This document shows, in pieces, positions 17,515 through 28,064 of a stretch of 64,000 nt of DNA. This stretch comes from Parcubacteria group bacterium (GTDB taxonomy: Bacteria > Patescibacteriota > Minisyncoccia > UBA6257 > Colwellbacteraceae), in NCBI GenBank assembly GCA_041649415.1, contig JBAZND010000001.1:167128-231127 (forward strand). The letters run 5' to 3'. Position 1 is the first letter of the stretch. Each line of letters starts with the position of its first letter. The position numbers and the translations under genes were made by a program. Under the pieces are notes generated by a model that did not search any database, had not been told where the DNA came from, and saw only the letters and a program-made list of their open reading frames with translations.

Positions 17515-17964
17515 ATGAACGAGGATGAATTTATCTGCTGTAATTGCGGCAAACAGGTAGAGTCTTCCGAGGACATAGGCACGGCCCATCGGAATCATTG
17601 CCCACATTGTCTTTCCTCTCTTCACCTTGATAAAGAGATTTCGGGTGATCGCGCCGCCAATTGTGGCGGATGTATGACGCCTTTAGGTCTCACGTTTAAA
17701 AAAGAAGGGATTGATAAACACGGCCGCGAAAAAAGAGGAGAGCTAATGATTGTTCACAAATGCTCCAAATGCGGGAAAATTTCCATCAATCGCCTTGCCG
17801 CGGATGACGATGAAATAGCCATAATCGCTTTGTTTAATAAGTCTCTGGAGTTATCATTTGAAGTGATAGAAAAAATATCCAAAGAGGGGATAGATATACT
17901 GAGAAGCGAAGACAAAAAAGAAGTCTTCATAAAACTGTTTGGAAAGGGAATTAAAAATATTTAA
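17515..17964 (+). CDS. RNHCP domain-containing zinc-ribbon protein
   Basis: Contains the literal RNHCPHC motif plus CCNC, CGGC and CSKCGK cysteine pairs, matching the RNHCP domain family pattern. Function unknown. Confidence 0.7.
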   Translation: MNEDEFICCNCGKQVESSEDIGTAHRNHCPHCLSSLHLDKEISGDRAANCGGCMTPLGLTFKKEGIDKHGREKRGELMIVHKCSKCGKISINRLAADDDEIAIIALFNKSLELSFEVIEKISKEGIDILRSEDKKEVFIKLFGKGIKNI

Positions 17965-17969
17965 TTTTT

Positions 17970-18593
17970 ATGTTTGAACGTCTATCTAATCTGTTTAATG
18001 AAAAAAAAGAGGAAGAAGGGGAAATAAAGCAAAAAAAAGCGCCAATTAAAATATGGCAGCTTGTGGTGCTTGGAGTTGTTATGACTTTCATGATTGTCTC
18101 AATCCTAGCTTTTCAAATGCCCGAAAGCTCTTCCAATGATACGTCGCTAACGGAAGACGAAGGACAAAACACTCCAGAAAATATTCCGCTTAAGGAAGAC
18201 GAATCCGACAAAAGCGTGGAAATAAAAGATTTTTCCACTTTCAAAGAAATTGACACATCAGGTCTAGATCCGAAGGAGACATATATCGCGATAAGAGAGG
18301 AATTTTTTAAAATCAAAAACACGAACGACTTGGTGGTCTTCGCCGAAATGTATGGAAGCGAAGCGAACATCTCAACTGCCAAACGTTTTGACGAAATGGG
18401 AAATCTAGCGGGTGGAGAAGAAGTGATGTCTGTTATTTTTTCTACTATTTCTCGAGTGGTCAAGTCGGTCGAAGTAACGACTGAGTCCGCGAATAAAGCC
18501 GTTATTAAAGTAACGTCGGACGGCGGGAGAGAAGGGGAAGTAATAATGGTTTTTGAAAGAGGAAGCTGGAAGCTCGACTCGGAAAAGTGGTGA
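17970..18593 (+). CDS. Hypothetical membrane-anchored protein
   Basis: One TM helix (IWQLVVLGVVMTFMIVSILAF), an acidic linker and a C-terminal globular domain of about 110 aa. Confidence 0.6.
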   Translation: MFERLSNLFNEKKEEEGEIKQKKAPIKIWQLVVLGVVMTFMIVSILAFQMPESSSNDTSLTEDEGQNTPENIPLKEDESDKSVEIKDFSTFKEIDTSGLDPKETYIAIREEFFKIKNTNDLVVFAEMYGSEANISTAKRFDEMGNLAGGEEVMSVIFSTISRVVKSVEVTTESANKAVIKVTSDGGREGEVIMVFERGSWKLDSEKW

Positions 18594-19303
18594 AAGTAAA
18601 AAAAGAATTATTAGCTCTTGCCGACAAAAAACACGCAAAAAATTTAGCGCGGTTTTTTAAAACAAGGAAAGGTGAATATGGGGAAGGGGATATATTTTTG
18701 GGAATAACTGTCCCGGTTCAGAGAATTATCGCCGAAAAATATTTCCGCGAAACAAGTGTAGATGACATAGAAAGACTTTTACGTGATTCGTTTCATGAAG
18801 TGCGATTAACAGCGCTTATGATGCTTGTTTTAAGGTACCGGAAGGGGATAAAAGAAGAAAAAGAAAAAATATATCGTTTTTATTTAAAACATACGGCGAA
18901 AATTAACAACTGGGATCTGGTTGATTTATCCGCTCATAAAATAGTGGGGGACTGGCTTGCTGATAAAAATAAGTTACCGCTTTATCTCCTGGCAAAATCT
19001 AGGAATTTATGGGAAAGGCGTATAGCCATAATTTCCACTTTTGCCTTCATACGTAAAAATAATCTGGATGATACTTTCACCCTCGCGAAAATTTTACTAA
19101 AGGACAAAGAAGATTTGATGCACAAGGCCGTTGGCTGGGCATTGCGTGAGTGCGGGAAAAAGAACAAAGCCCGCCTCAAAGAATTCATAGAAAGATACGG
19201 TAGCTGCATGCCCCGCACAACCCTTCGTTATGCGATAGAAAAATTCCCGGAAACGGAGAGAAAAAAGCTTCTGCAAAAAACGGCAAAAAATAAAAAAGCA
19301 TAA
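18587..19303 (+). CDS. DNA alkylation repair protein (AlkD-like HEAT-repeat family)
   Basis: KHAKNLARFFKT..GEYGEGDIFLGI.VP, NNWDLVDLSA, and WERRIAIISTF match the AlkD/DNA_alkylation family pattern. Confidence 0.75.
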   Translation: MVKVKKELLALADKKHAKNLARFFKTRKGEYGEGDIFLGITVPVQRIIAEKYFRETSVDDIERLLRDSFHEVRLTALMMLVLRYRKGIKEEKEKIYRFYLKHTAKINNWDLVDLSAHKIVGDWLADKNKLPLYLLAKSRNLWERRIAIISTFAFIRKNNLDDTFTLAKILLKDKEDLMHKAVGWALRECGKKNKARLKEFIERYGSCMPRTTLRYAIEKFPETERKKLLQKTAKNKKA

Positions 19304-19339
19304 AAACAAGGCCTTATTTAAAAGCTTTTTAATTATATG

Positions 19340-19413
19340 TGGACGATGCAGGATTCGAACCTGCGGCCTTCTCGGTGTAAACGAGACGCTCTAACCAACT
19401 GAGCTAATCGTCC
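19340..19413 (-). tRNA. tRNA-Val (anticodon UAC)
   Basis: Hand-folded cloverleaf GGACGAT/ATCGTCC, D stem GCTC/GAGC, anticodon stem TCTCG/CGAGA with loop TTTACAC, T arm GCAGG-TTCGAAT-CCTGC. CCA is not encoded. Confidence 0.9.
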
Positions 19414-19418
19414 ATGGG

Positions 19419-19492
19419 TGCGCCTACTTGGACTCGAACCAAGGACCCTGGAGGTATAAGCTCCATGCTCTAACCAGCTGAGCTATAGGCGC
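19419..19492 (-). tRNA. tRNA-Ile (anticodon UAU)
   Basis: Hand-folded cloverleaf GCGCCTA/TAGGCGC, D stem GCTC/GAGC, anticodon stem TGGAG/CTCCA with loop CTTATAC, T arm CTTGG-TTCGAGT-CCAAG. Isotype is inferred from the anticodon only. Confidence 0.8.
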
Positions 19493-19519
19493 TTACTCTG
19501 TTAGCGTGCCCATTATGCC

Positions 19520-21352
19520 TTAAACCGTGGCCTGTTTCAAACCGTATTTAGAGACAAGTGCGTAGAACTCGTCTTGTTCCAAAACCTCTTTTTTAACGAG
19601 TTCTTCCGCCACATGCTCCAGAGCGCTCTTATATTTTTTGATTGCCGCAATAGCCGTGTCGTAAGCCGAGTCAATAAATCTTTTTACTTCCCTATCTATT
19701 TCTTCGGCGGTGCTGTTTGAATAGTTTCTTTCAGTGGTTATCTCTCTCCCCAAAAAAATAGTTTCTTCCGTATCGCCGAAAGTCATCGGTCCCAGCTTGT
19801 CGCTCATGCCATAGCGAGTCACAATTGCGCGCGCTATCTCTGATGCTTTTTTTAAATCATCTGAAGCTCCGGTTGAAACATCCTTAAAAAATTCTTTTTC
19901 AGAAGCATGTCCGGCAACGAGCATCGCCATATCGGCAATAAACTGCTTTCTTGTTTTTAAACGAATCTCTTCAAGAGGCAACTTCATTGTGTATCCTCCC
20001 GCTCTCCCTCTACTTACGATGGAGACTTTTTGTATCGGGTCCGAATCGGGTAGTGAAGCGGCGACAACGGCATGTCCTGCTTCATGAATCGCGGTCATCT
20101 TCTTTTCCTTGTCTGAAATTATGCGGCTCTTTCGCGCGGGTCCAAGCAGCACTTTTTCTATAGAGTCATATATCGCCTCTTGTGGTATTTCGCGGAGATT
20201 TTTCTGTGCGGCAAGAATAGCGGCTTCATTTATCAAGTTTTCCAAATCTGCTCCCGAAAATCCGGGGGTGCGAACAGCCACTTTTTTTAAATCAGTGTTC
20301 TTTGTCATGGGTTTGTTTCTCGCGTGAATTTTTAAGATTTCTTCTCGTTCGCCGATGTCTGGCAGATCAAGAACCACTCGGCGATCAAAACGTCCGGGAC
20401 GAAGAAGTGCAGGATCCAAAACGTCAGGTCTGTTTGTCGCGGCAAGGACGATTACTTTCTCGTCCCTGTCAAAGCCATCCATCTCAACAAGTATCTGGTT
20501 TAAAGTTTGCTCTCGCTCGTCGTGTCCTCCGCCAAGACCCGCCCCGCGTTCTCTGCCCACCGCGTCAATCTCGTCTACAAAAAGAATTGAAGGCGCCGCC
20601 GCCTTCGCTGTTTTGAAGGCGTCTCGCGTGCGTGAAGCGCCGACACCTACGAACATCTCTACGAACTCCGAAGCGGAAATGTGGAAAAAGGGTACGCCCG
20701 CCTCACCAGCAACCGCCCGGGCGAGCAAAGTCTTTCCCGTCCCAGGCGGTCCCATTAGGAGAACTCCTCGCGGAATCTTCGCACCAACTTCCTGATATTT
20801 CTTCGGATTTTTAAGAAAGTCAACAACTTCTTCCAGCTCCTGCTTGGCTTCCTTTAATCCTGCTACGTCTTTAAAAGAAATTCGCTCCTTCAAGTTGGTA
20901 AAAAGCCTGATGTTTGACTTGCCGAAAGTAAGCGCCTGATTAGCGCCCGCCGTCGCTCTTCTAAGAAAGAAGAAGAAAAGCAAGGCGAGAGCGACAATCG
21001 GGACGACAGTAGGAACAATTATGCCCCAAAAAACGCTGCGAGCCGAGCTGTTCTTTACTTCAAAAGGCACGTTTTTTAACTGTTCCGTGTCTACGCCGTA
21101 GTCTTTCAATATCTCCGTAACGTTTGCCGTTGGCTCTTTAGTTGCCGAAATAAGAGTTGCGTCTTGAAGTTCTGCCGTCAGGATATTATCGGAAAGCTCT
21201 AGTTTTTTAACTTCTCCCGCCGCAACTTTCGCGGCGATCTCGTTTAAAGTGGTCTCTTTAGTTTTCTTCTCTACGGTAAAAGATGCGAAAAGAACCGCCA
21301 CCGCCAAAAGAGCGACCGCAACCCACGCGAATTTTCTAATCAACTTAAACAT
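19520..21352 (-). CDS. ftsH: ATP-dependent zinc metalloprotease FtsH
   Basis: Two TM helices, Walker [12 protein letters not shown] region, and zinc motif HEAGHAV. Confidence 0.95.
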   Translation of the reverse strand: MFKLIRKFAWVAVALLAVAVLFASFTVEKKTKETTLNEIAAKVAAGEVKKLELSDNILTAELQDATLISATKEPTANVTEILKDYGVDTEQLKNVPFEVKNSSARSVFWGIIVPTVVPIVALALLFFFFLRRATAGANQALTFGKSNIRLFTNLKERISFKDVAGLKEAKQELEEVVDFLKNPKKYQEVGAKIPRGVLLMGPPGTGKTLLARAVAGEAGVPFFHISASEFVEMFVGVGASRTRDAFKTAKAAAPSILFVDEIDAVGRERGAGLGGGHDEREQTLNQILVEMDGFDRDEKVIVLAATNRPDVLDPALLRPGRFDRRVVLDLPDIGEREEILKIHARNKPMTKNTDLKKVAVRTPGFSGADLENLINEAAILAAQKNLREIPQEAIYDSIEKVLLGPARKSRIISDKEKKMTAIHEAGHAVVAASLPDSDPIQKVSIVSRGRAGGYTMKLPLEEIRLKTRKQFIADMAMLVAGHASEKEFFKDVSTGASDDLKKASEIARAIVTRYGMSDKLGPMTFGDTEETIFLGREITTERNYSNSTAEEIDREVKRFIDSAYDTAIAAIKKYKSALEHVAEELVKKEVLEQDEFYALVSKYGLKQATV

Positions 21353-21365
21353 TTTAAAAAGGCTT

Positions 21366-22430
21366 TTACTTGGCGAGCTTAAGTATAATCCTCTTTTCCT
21401 CTGGTTTTATGGCCTCAATGCGGAAATCCTCTTGAGAGTCTAAAACCAGTCTCGCTTTCATTTCCTCTGGACTGCCGAACTCGGAAATATGAATAAGGCC
21501 GATAATATCCTCCGTAAGTTTAACAAACGCGCCGAACGGATTGAATTTGTAAATCATGCCGCGAATAACATCGCCCACCTTATATTTGTTTTCAATATCT
21601 TTCCACGGATCGGGTTGCAGAGCTTTAAGTGAAAGTGAAATCTTATTGTCTTTAACTTCAATCACCTGCGCTTTGACCATGTCTCCGACAGAAACGATTT
21701 CCTTCGGTGACTCTATAAGTTTGTGTCCAAGCTCCGATATATGAATGAGTCCCTCTATCTCCGGATTATCCGCAAAACGGATAAAAGCGCCAAAATTGGC
21801 AAGACCCGAAATTATTCCGGTTACCACATCTCCTGTTTTATATTGATTTATCAGGTCTTTTACGTTCTGACTTAAAACTTCCTTCTCGGAAACGATGAGT
21901 TTGTTGGTTCTCGGGTTTAGTCCGATGATTTTAATTTCTAGTTCTTGACCCACGAATTTATTAAGCTCCTCAATTATTTTTTCTCTCGTCTCACCGGTCA
22001 CGCGCGGATAATGCTCAACGGAAAGCTGGGAAACGGGGAGAAAGCCTTTGAGATCAAAAAGCTCCACAAGAAGCCCGCCCGAATTGGCGCCGAATACTTT
22101 CACTTTTATCGGTTCGTCTCTTTCTTGAGTTTCTTTAGCTAAAGCCCAAGCTTTCTGTTTGTCAGCCTCGGTAAGAGAGAGTTCCACGAACCCGTTTTCA
22201 TTCTCCGGGTCCACAACCTTGGCGCTTACGACGTCGCCGACATTCAACCCCTTTACCACTTCGCGACCGTTCAAAAATTCTCTTCCGTAAACGACGGCCG
22301 CGCCAACGCGCGCTATCTCAAAGAAAGCCTTTTTAGGAGTCTTTTCAATCAATTTCGCCTCCACTATCTCGCCCTTCTTTAATATAGGGGCTAAATCAGG
22401 GCGGGTTTTAATAAGTTGAGCTAGATCCAT
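21366..22430 (-). CDS. rpsA: 30S ribosomal protein S1 (four S1 domains)
   Basis: Repeated S1 OB-fold pattern (GD.V.G.V..I..FGAF...). Start taken at MDLAQLIK; the ORF is open to 22514. Confidence 0.8.
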   Translation of the reverse strand: MDLAQLIKTRPDLAPILKKGEIVEAKLIEKTPKKAFFEIARVGAAVVYGREFLNGREVVKGLNVGDVVSAKVVDPENENGFVELSLTEADKQKAWALAKETQERDEPIKVKVFGANSGGLLVELFDLKGFLPVSQLSVEHYPRVTGETREKIIEELNKFVGQELEIKIIGLNPRTNKLIVSEKEVLSQNVKDLINQYKTGDVVTGIISGLANFGAFIRFADNPEIEGLIHISELGHKLIESPKEIVSVGDMVKAQVIEVKDNKISLSLKALQPDPWKDIENKYKVGDVIRGMIYKFNPFGAFVKLTEDIIGLIHISEFGSPEEMKARLVLDSQEDFRIEAIKPEEKRIILKLAK

Positions 22431-22503
22431 ATTATTTTTATGCAACAGATAATAACCCGTTTCTTTATTGAAAATCAAGGCTTTTTCTGTTAAATTACGA
22501 GGC

Positions 22504-23055
22504 GTGATTATCAATTGGCACGGCGGGGGCTCTTACAAAATCCAAAGCTCGGATATTGATGTCCTTGTAGATCCCGCCTCGGGGAACGCAAACAATCGCC
22601 TAAAAGGCAATTTAATTTTGAAGACCCAAGTATCTCTTCCCTTAGACATTCAAAATATTCCGGAACAGGAGATTATCACTGCCGGCGAATACGAAATCAA
22701 AGGAATAAAAATTAAGGGAATTCAAATCTCGTCTGACGGTAAAACTCTTAAAACCGCTTATAGAATCGTAATTGACGATATAAGTCTCGGATTCTTGGGA
22801 GATATCAATACCGAACTAAACGAAAAAACGCTTGATGAATTGGGAGAGATAGATATCCTTTTCGTTCCCGCGAAGCCTATTGCGGGTCAACTCATCAAGT
22901 CGGTTGATCCGTCAATCGCCATTCCCGGCTGGGGCGATCCTAAAATCGTCGCGACAGAAGTTGGCCAAAAACCGGATAGCCAAGAGAAGCTGGTCATAAA
23001 GAAAAAAGACATTGAAGCGGAAGAAGGATTCCGCTTGGTAATTCTCAAATCGTAA
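22504..23055 (+). CDS. MBL-fold-like protein (degenerate, no HxHxDH seen)
   Basis: INWHGGGSYKIQSSDIDVLVDP resembles the N-terminus of UPF0173-type metallo-hydrolases, but the metal-binding His motif is absent. GTG start assumed at 22504. Confidence 0.4.
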   Translation: MIINWHGGGSYKIQSSDIDVLVDPASGNANNRLKGNLILKTQVSLPLDIQNIPEQEIITAGEYEIKGIKIKGIQISSDGKTLKTAYRIVIDDISLGFLGDINTELNEKTLDELGEIDILFVPAKPIAGQLIKSVDPSIAIPGWGDPKIVATEVGQKPDSQEKLVIKKKDIEAEEGFRLVILKS

Positions 23056-23058
23056 ATT

Positions 23059-25527
23059 ATGGAAGAAAAAAAAGTCACCATTACGGGCGGTAAAATCAAT
23101 CCCCGCGAAATAACGGAAGAACTTCGTGAATCTTTCTTGGATTACGCGATGTCTGTTATCGTTGACCGCGCTTTGCCTGATGTTCGGGACGGCCTGAAGC
23201 CGGTGCAACGAAGAATATTGTGGTCTATGTGGGAGTCTGGACTCACTTCCGGCGCGAAAACAAGAAAATCGGCAACGGTCGTCGGAGACGTCCTCGGCAA
23301 ATATCATCCTCACGGCGATTCCTCCGTCTATGAAGCGATGGTTCGCCTTGCTCAAGATTTTTCTGTTCGTTATCCGCTTGTCATCGGGCAAGGAAACTTC
23401 GGTTCCATAGACGGCGACAGCGCCGCCGCTTATCGTTACACGGAAGCCAAAATGTCCAAAGTGGCAGAAGAACTTCTTGTTGATATTGATAAAAAAACAG
23501 TTGATTTTATGCCGAACTTTGACGGCACGCATGATGAGCCAACCGTTCTTCCGGCAAAAATCCCAAATCTTTTGTTGAACGGCTCGGTCGGTATTGCTGT
23601 CGGTATGGCTACGAATATCCCGCCGCACAACCTCGATGAAATTCTTTTGGCCGCTTCGTATCTTATAGATAATCCGGAAGCTACTTCGGCCGAACTAATG
23701 GAGTTCATTAAAGGCCCCGATTTCCCGACGGGCGGCGTAGTCTATGATAAACGCGGCATCACTGAAGCCTATTCTTCGGGTAAAGGGAAAATAACCATAC
23801 GCGGCGTCGCCGAAATTGAAGACAAACGCATCATCATCACGGAAATTCCTTATCAGGTAAATAAAGCGGAACTCATTATAAAACTAGCCGAGCTTGTTCA
23901 AGAAAAGAAGATAGAAGGAATAAGAGACATAAAAGACGAATCGGACAAAAATATCCGTATCGTTATTGACTTGAAAACCGACACCATTCCACAAAAAATT
24001 CTAAACCAGCTTTACAAACAAACGGACCTCCAGAAGGATTTTCACTTGAATATGATTGCGCTTGGAAAAGGTTTAAAGCCTTCCTTAATGTCCGTTAAAG
24101 ACGTTCTTCTCGCCCATATAGAGCACAGGAGAGAAGTGGTTCGACGCCGGGCGGAATATGAACTTTCAAAAGCTAGAGAAAGGGCGCATATATTGGAAGG
24201 TCTTGCTAAAGCGATTGATATCATTGATAAAGTCATCGCGCTTGTTAAAAAATCAAGGGATAAAGCGGACGTCAAAGCAAACCTCATAAAAAATTTCGAT
24301 TTCACGGAGGTCCAAGCGGAAGCAATTGCCGAAATGAAACTCTATACGCTCTCTGCCCTTGAGAAAGGAAAAATTGAAAACGAACTCACCGAAAAGAAAA
24401 AGCTTATTAAAGATTTGGAGGCTTTGCTAAAAAGCGATAAAGCGATGCTCGGGCTGATCAAGGACGAATTCACCGAGATAAAAGAAAAATTTGGCGATGA
24501 AAGAAGAACCCGCGTTGTAACTTCGGGACTTAAAGAATTCAGCGAGGAAGATTTGATTCCCGAAGAGGAGTGCATGATTACGCTCTCGCTCGGCGGATAC
24601 ATTAAGCGTCTTCTTCCGCAGAGTATCAGAAGCCAGCATAGAGGAGGAAAAGGCGTCATCGGTTCGGATGTCGGCGACGAGGACGTTCTGACGCATTTCG
24701 TTTCAGCAAATACCCATGACAACATTCTCTTCTTCACCGGCGGCGGAAAAGTTTTCCAGACCAAGGTTTACGACATTCCCGCGGGATCACGCATGGCTAA
24801 AGGCCGAACCATTCATAATTTTCTTGAAATTCCCGCTGAAGAAACTATTTCAGCCATCGTTTCATATCCTTCAAGTAAAAAAACGACAAAAGGAAGTTCG
24901 CCTCGGCGCAACGAAGCGGAGACGGGCTATCTCATTATGGCCACAGAGTTAGGTGCTGTTAAAAAAACTTCTCTTGAAGAATTTGCCAACGTGAGAAGAA
25001 GCGGCATTATCGCTATTAATCTTAAAAAAGGGGACAAACTCATAGGCGTTAAGCTTTCATCGGGCAAAGACGATGTGATTATGGGAACCCGAAAAGGACT
25101 CGCCATTCGCTTCAAGGAATCAGGTGTGAGACCCATGTCCCGCGCGACAGCCGGCGTTAGAGGCATCTCTCTCCGTTCGGGCGATGCCGTCTCTTCTTTT
25201 GACGTAATTGCGGGCGGTCAGTCGGGCGATGTAATGTTTCTAAACGTTCTTGAAAAAGGTTTTGCAAAACAAACTTCGCTTAAAGAATACAAAACGCAAA
25301 CTCGCGGCGGAAAGGGAATTATCACGGCCGTTGTTACCCCGAAAACGGGCGAACTTGTCGCTTCCAAAATAATTATTGACGATAAAGAGCTTGTTGCCAT
25401 ATCGGCCAAAGGACAAATATTAAAAACTACAATTGCTTCTGTCCGAAAAACCTCAAGAGCCGCGCAGGGCGTGCGTATCATTGATTTGAATTCAGGAGAT
25501 AAGATAGCGGGCGTTATTTGTCTCTAA
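23059..25527 (+). CDS. gyrA: DNA gyrase subunit A
   Basis: [12 protein letters not shown], catalytic-Tyr region [12 protein letters not shown], and C-terminal beta-pinwheel repeats. gyrB is not adjacent. Confidence 0.95.
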   Translation: MEEKKVTITGGKINPREITEELRESFLDYAMSVIVDRALPDVRDGLKPVQRRILWSMWESGLTSGAKTRKSATVVGDVLGKYHPHGDSSVYEAMVRLAQDFSVRYPLVIGQGNFGSIDGDSAAAYRYTEAKMSKVAEELLVDIDKKTVDFMPNFDGTHDEPTVLPAKIPNLLLNGSVGIAVGMATNIPPHNLDEILLAASYLIDNPEATSAELMEFIKGPDFPTGGVVYDKRGITEAYSSGKGKITIRGVAEIEDKRIIITEIPYQVNKAELIIKLAELVQEKKIEGIRDIKDESDKNIRIVIDLKTDTIPQKILNQLYKQTDLQKDFHLNMIALGKGLKPSLMSVKDVLLAHIEHRREVVRRRAEYELSKARERAHILEGLAKAIDIIDKVIALVKKSRDKADVKANLIKNFDFTEVQAEAIAEMKLYTLSALEKGKIENELTEKKKLIKDLEALLKSDKAMLGLIKDEFTEIKEKFGDERRTRVVTSGLKEFSEEDLIPEEECMITLSLGGYIKRLLPQSIRSQHRGGKGVIGSDVGDEDVLTHFVSANTHDNILFFTGGGKVFQTKVYDIPAGSRMAKGRTIHNFLEIPAEETISAIVSYPSSKKTTKGSSPRRNEAETGYLIMATELGAVKKTSLEEFANVRRSGIIAINLKKGDKLIGVKLSSGKDDVIMGTRKGLAIRFKESGVRPMSRATAGVRGISLRSGDAVSSFDVIAGGQSGDVMFLNVLEKGFAKQTSLKEYKTQTRGGKGIITAVVTPKTGELVASKIIIDDKELVAISAKGQILKTTIASVRKTSRAAQGVRIIDLNSGDKIAGVICL

Positions 25528-25549
25528 GAAGCTGTTATAATTAACAACG

Positions 25550-26758
25550 ATGAGTTTATCGAAGAATCAACTTATTATTTTAAGTGTCGTCGGATTTGTG
25601 GTAATTGTTTTCGCCGTTATTATTTTTACCGGACTGGGCCTTCGGGCTGACAGAGAATCAGCCTCGCTGTCTCTTTGGGGAGTTGACGACCGCGACGTGT
25701 TTGAACCGATAATTAACGATTTTAATAAGGATTACCCGAACGTTAAGATAAGCTACGACCAAATTCCTGAAGAGAACTATGAACAAAGTTTAATTGACGC
25801 GCTCGCAGCTGGAAACGGCCCCGATATTTTCATGTTTCGCTCCGATTGGATGCGAAAACATATGAACAAAGTCATCTCGGCGCCGGAAGATATTCTCTCG
25901 GCTGGAAGGTTTGGAAGCCTTTTCCCTCAAGTGGCTGTTCAAGATTTCGTTTCTGGAAATGCGGTCTATGCTTCGCCTCTCTACGTTGATACTCTCGCGC
26001 TTTATTACAACCGAAACATTTTTGATAGAAAAAATATTGCTATTCCGCCAAACACTTGGGAAGGCTTTAAAAACGCCATTTCGCGAGGTGTAGCCGCCTC
26101 GTTTGGCGGATACGCGCCCCTCGTCGCGCACTCGGGAGACATTATGAATGCGTTATTTATGCAAGCGAATGCGGACTTGAGTCTCCAAAACAAATCGTTT
26201 GTGAGACTTTCGGAGGACGCCGGAATAACCGCTCTCAATCTTTATACAAGCGTTAAAGCCCCCGTAGTCGAGACTTATGCCGGATTTGCGAACGAAACAT
26301 TAGGTATGATTATTGATTATGAGTCCGCGCGGAAAATAATTCAGGACAGGAATCCTTTTTTAAATTTCTCTGTGGCGATGCTACCGCAATTGGACACGGG
26401 TTCACCCGTCGTTCCGGCAAAGTATTACGGTCTCGCGGTTTCCACCAAATCCGTCAGCCCGACACTCGCGTGGGAATTTGTCTCTTATGTGACAACAAAT
26501 GCCTCGGCCGCCGAAAGTTATTTAAACGCCTCCAATCACCCGCCGGCTCTTCGGAGTTTCATTCAATCTTATTCGGGAGACCCGATATTTGGTGTCTTCG
26601 CCGCGCAAGCGCTCATAGCGCGCAGTTGGAACATGCCCGCGTCTGAAAATGTTTTCACGATATTTAACACAATGATACAATCAGTGGTAAGCGGCGGCGC
26701 TTCTGTTAAAAGCGCTCTCACGACCGCGGAAACGGCCATCAATAATCTCGTTCGCTAA
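25550..26758 (+). CDS. Extracellular solute-binding protein (ABC family 1-like), orphan
   Basis: N-terminal TM/signal anchor. Family-1 SBP-like features are LSLWGVDD...GNGPDIFMF. No permease or ATPase genes are adjacent. Confidence 0.65.
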   Translation: MSLSKNQLIILSVVGFVVIVFAVIIFTGLGLRADRESASLSLWGVDDRDVFEPIINDFNKDYPNVKISYDQIPEENYEQSLIDALAAGNGPDIFMFRSDWMRKHMNKVISAPEDILSAGRFGSLFPQVAVQDFVSGNAVYASPLYVDTLALYYNRNIFDRKNIAIPPNTWEGFKNAISRGVAASFGGYAPLVAHSGDIMNALFMQANADLSLQNKSFVRLSEDAGITALNLYTSVKAPVVETYAGFANETLGMIIDYESARKIIQDRNPFLNFSVAMLPQLDTGSPVVPAKYYGLAVSTKSVSPTLAWEFVSYVTTNASAAESYLNASNHPPALRSFIQSYSGDPIFGVFAAQALIARSWNMPASENVFTIFNTMIQSVVSGGASVKSALTTAETAINNLVR

Positions 26759-26765
26759 AATAAAA

Positions 26766-27218
26766 ATGAAACCAAAAATAATCGCTCTTCTAATCACGAT
26801 CTCGGGAATTCTTATTTTTTCTTATCCTGTCTTGGCCGACGTAACAGGCGAAAGCTCTAACCTGTCGGACTGCACTATTGATAAATTCAGCTTTGATAAA
26901 GGCATTACTCCGGAGCGCTTTCAAAATCTTGAGCATTTCACCGACCCTGCCACTTGGTGCGATTTCCTCCAAATTGCAAGTAACGTCATAGGTATGCTTT
27001 ATATGCTGGTTTTCCCTCTGGCTATTCTTATGATTATTGCGGGGGGAATCATTCTTGTCACGGCCGGAGGCAACGAATCTCGGATAACGAAAGGGAAAAA
27101 ATTCATCTCGGCCGCTCTCATCGGCATAGCGGTTGCGGTCGGCGCCGGAGTAATACTTGGCGCGATTATCAAAGGATTGGGGGTCACCGACACTTCCCTA
27201 ATGCCTTGGTTGTTCTAA
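26766..27218 (+). CDS. TrbC/VirB2-like small pilin, paralog 1
   Basis: Signal peptide ending LADVTG. Two C-terminal TM helices flank the GGNESRITKGKKF loop. Confidence 0.6.
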   Translation: MKPKIIALLITISGILIFSYPVLADVTGESSNLSDCTIDKFSFDKGITPERFQNLEHFTDPATWCDFLQIASNVIGMLYMLVFPLAILMIIAGGIILVTAGGNESRITKGKKFISAALIGIAVAVGAGVILGAIIKGLGVTDTSLMPWLF

Positions 27219-27235
27219 AATACATATAAATTCAA

Positions 27236-27595
27236 ATGACAGCCTTAATAAATAAAATAATTACCTTTGTTGCCAAACATTTCACGGCGATTGCCGACAC
27301 TACGGGAACCACTCCCGATGATTCACTGCCGTCGTTTACCATTAACCCCCCCGTTGACATCGGCGGTAATTTGGATGAAATTTTAAATAAAGCCATCAGT
27401 ATTCTAACGCCGGTCGTGCTTACTGTCGCCGGCGCTATGTATCTTTATGCCGGTTTTCTGTTTCTTACTTCCGGCGGAAAAGAGGAAAACGTGAGCAAAG
27501 CAAAGAAGACTCTTCTCTGGACAACAATCGGTGTCGCCGCAACCGTTCTCGCCGGAACCATCGTCTATGCTGTCAAAGAAATCTTTGGCGCGTAA
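27236..27595 (+). CDS. TrbC/VirB2-like small pilin, paralog 2
   Basis: N-terminus NKIITFVAKHFTAIADTTG. Two TM helices flank SGGKEENVSKAKKTL. Confidence 0.6.
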   Translation: MTALINKIITFVAKHFTAIADTTGTTPDDSLPSFTINPPVDIGGNLDEILNKAISILTPVVLTVAGAMYLYAGFLFLTSGGKEENVSKAKKTLLWTTIGVAATVLAGTIVYAVKEIFGA

Positions 27596-27687
27596 TTTTG
27601 CTTAAGAGGAGGATTATTTGTTATAATCCAGACAAAATAAAAAGGTCGCCTATCGTTTCAAACGTCAGTCGAAAATAAACTAACTAT

Positions 27688-28008
27688 ATGAATAAAATAA
27701 TCGCGCTTATTGGACAACGCTTCATGGCGTTTGCCGATACTGCGCCGGGCGTACCGGAAGTGCCCCTGAACAACATACAGCAGATACTGGACTTGGTTAA
27801 TAAAATAGTTAACTGGGTTTTTGCCTTTTTCTTTGCGGCGGCAATATTCTTTATTCTTTGGGCTGCTTTTGATTTTCTGACCGCAGCCGGGAAAGAAGAA
27901 AAGCTAGCATCAGCTAAAAACAGATTGATTTATGCGGCCATTGGTATTGCTCTCGCACTTGTGGCAAGGAGCATCCCTCTGCTTGTCCAGACTTTCATTA
28001 AACCTTAA
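27688..28008 (+). CDS. TrbC/VirB2-like small pilin, paralog 3
   Basis: N-terminus NKIIALIGQRFMAFADTAPG. Two TM helices flank AAGKEEKLASAKNRL. Confidence 0.6.
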   Translation: MNKIIALIGQRFMAFADTAPGVPEVPLNNIQQILDLVNKIVNWVFAFFFAAAIFFILWAAFDFLTAAGKEEKLASAKNRLIYAAIGIALALVARSIPLLVQTFIKP

Positions 28009-28026
28009 ACTGTAACGCAATAAAAA

Positions 28027-28058
28027 AGACCCCATGTCCAAATGGGGTCTTTTGTTTT
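28027..28058. terminator. Bidirectional intrinsic terminator
   Basis: AGACCCCAT-gtccaa-ATGGGGTCT stem flanked by an A run upstream and a T run downstream. It sits between convergent genes. Confidence 0.8.
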
Positions 28059-28064
28059 TTTTGC

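Noticed and set aside
22912-23628. Long antisense ORFs opposite well-supported genes: 238 aa opposite gyrA, 20355-20795 opposite ftsH, 28333-29079 opposite the SPFH-like gene, 34560-34988 opposite the Pro-rich protein, and 48406-48813 and 49378-49776 opposite the surface protein.
   Set aside because: They are shadow ORFs with low-complexity or Arg/Ser/Pro-rich translations and no start-site signals. Each lies fully inside a strongly supported gene on the other strand.
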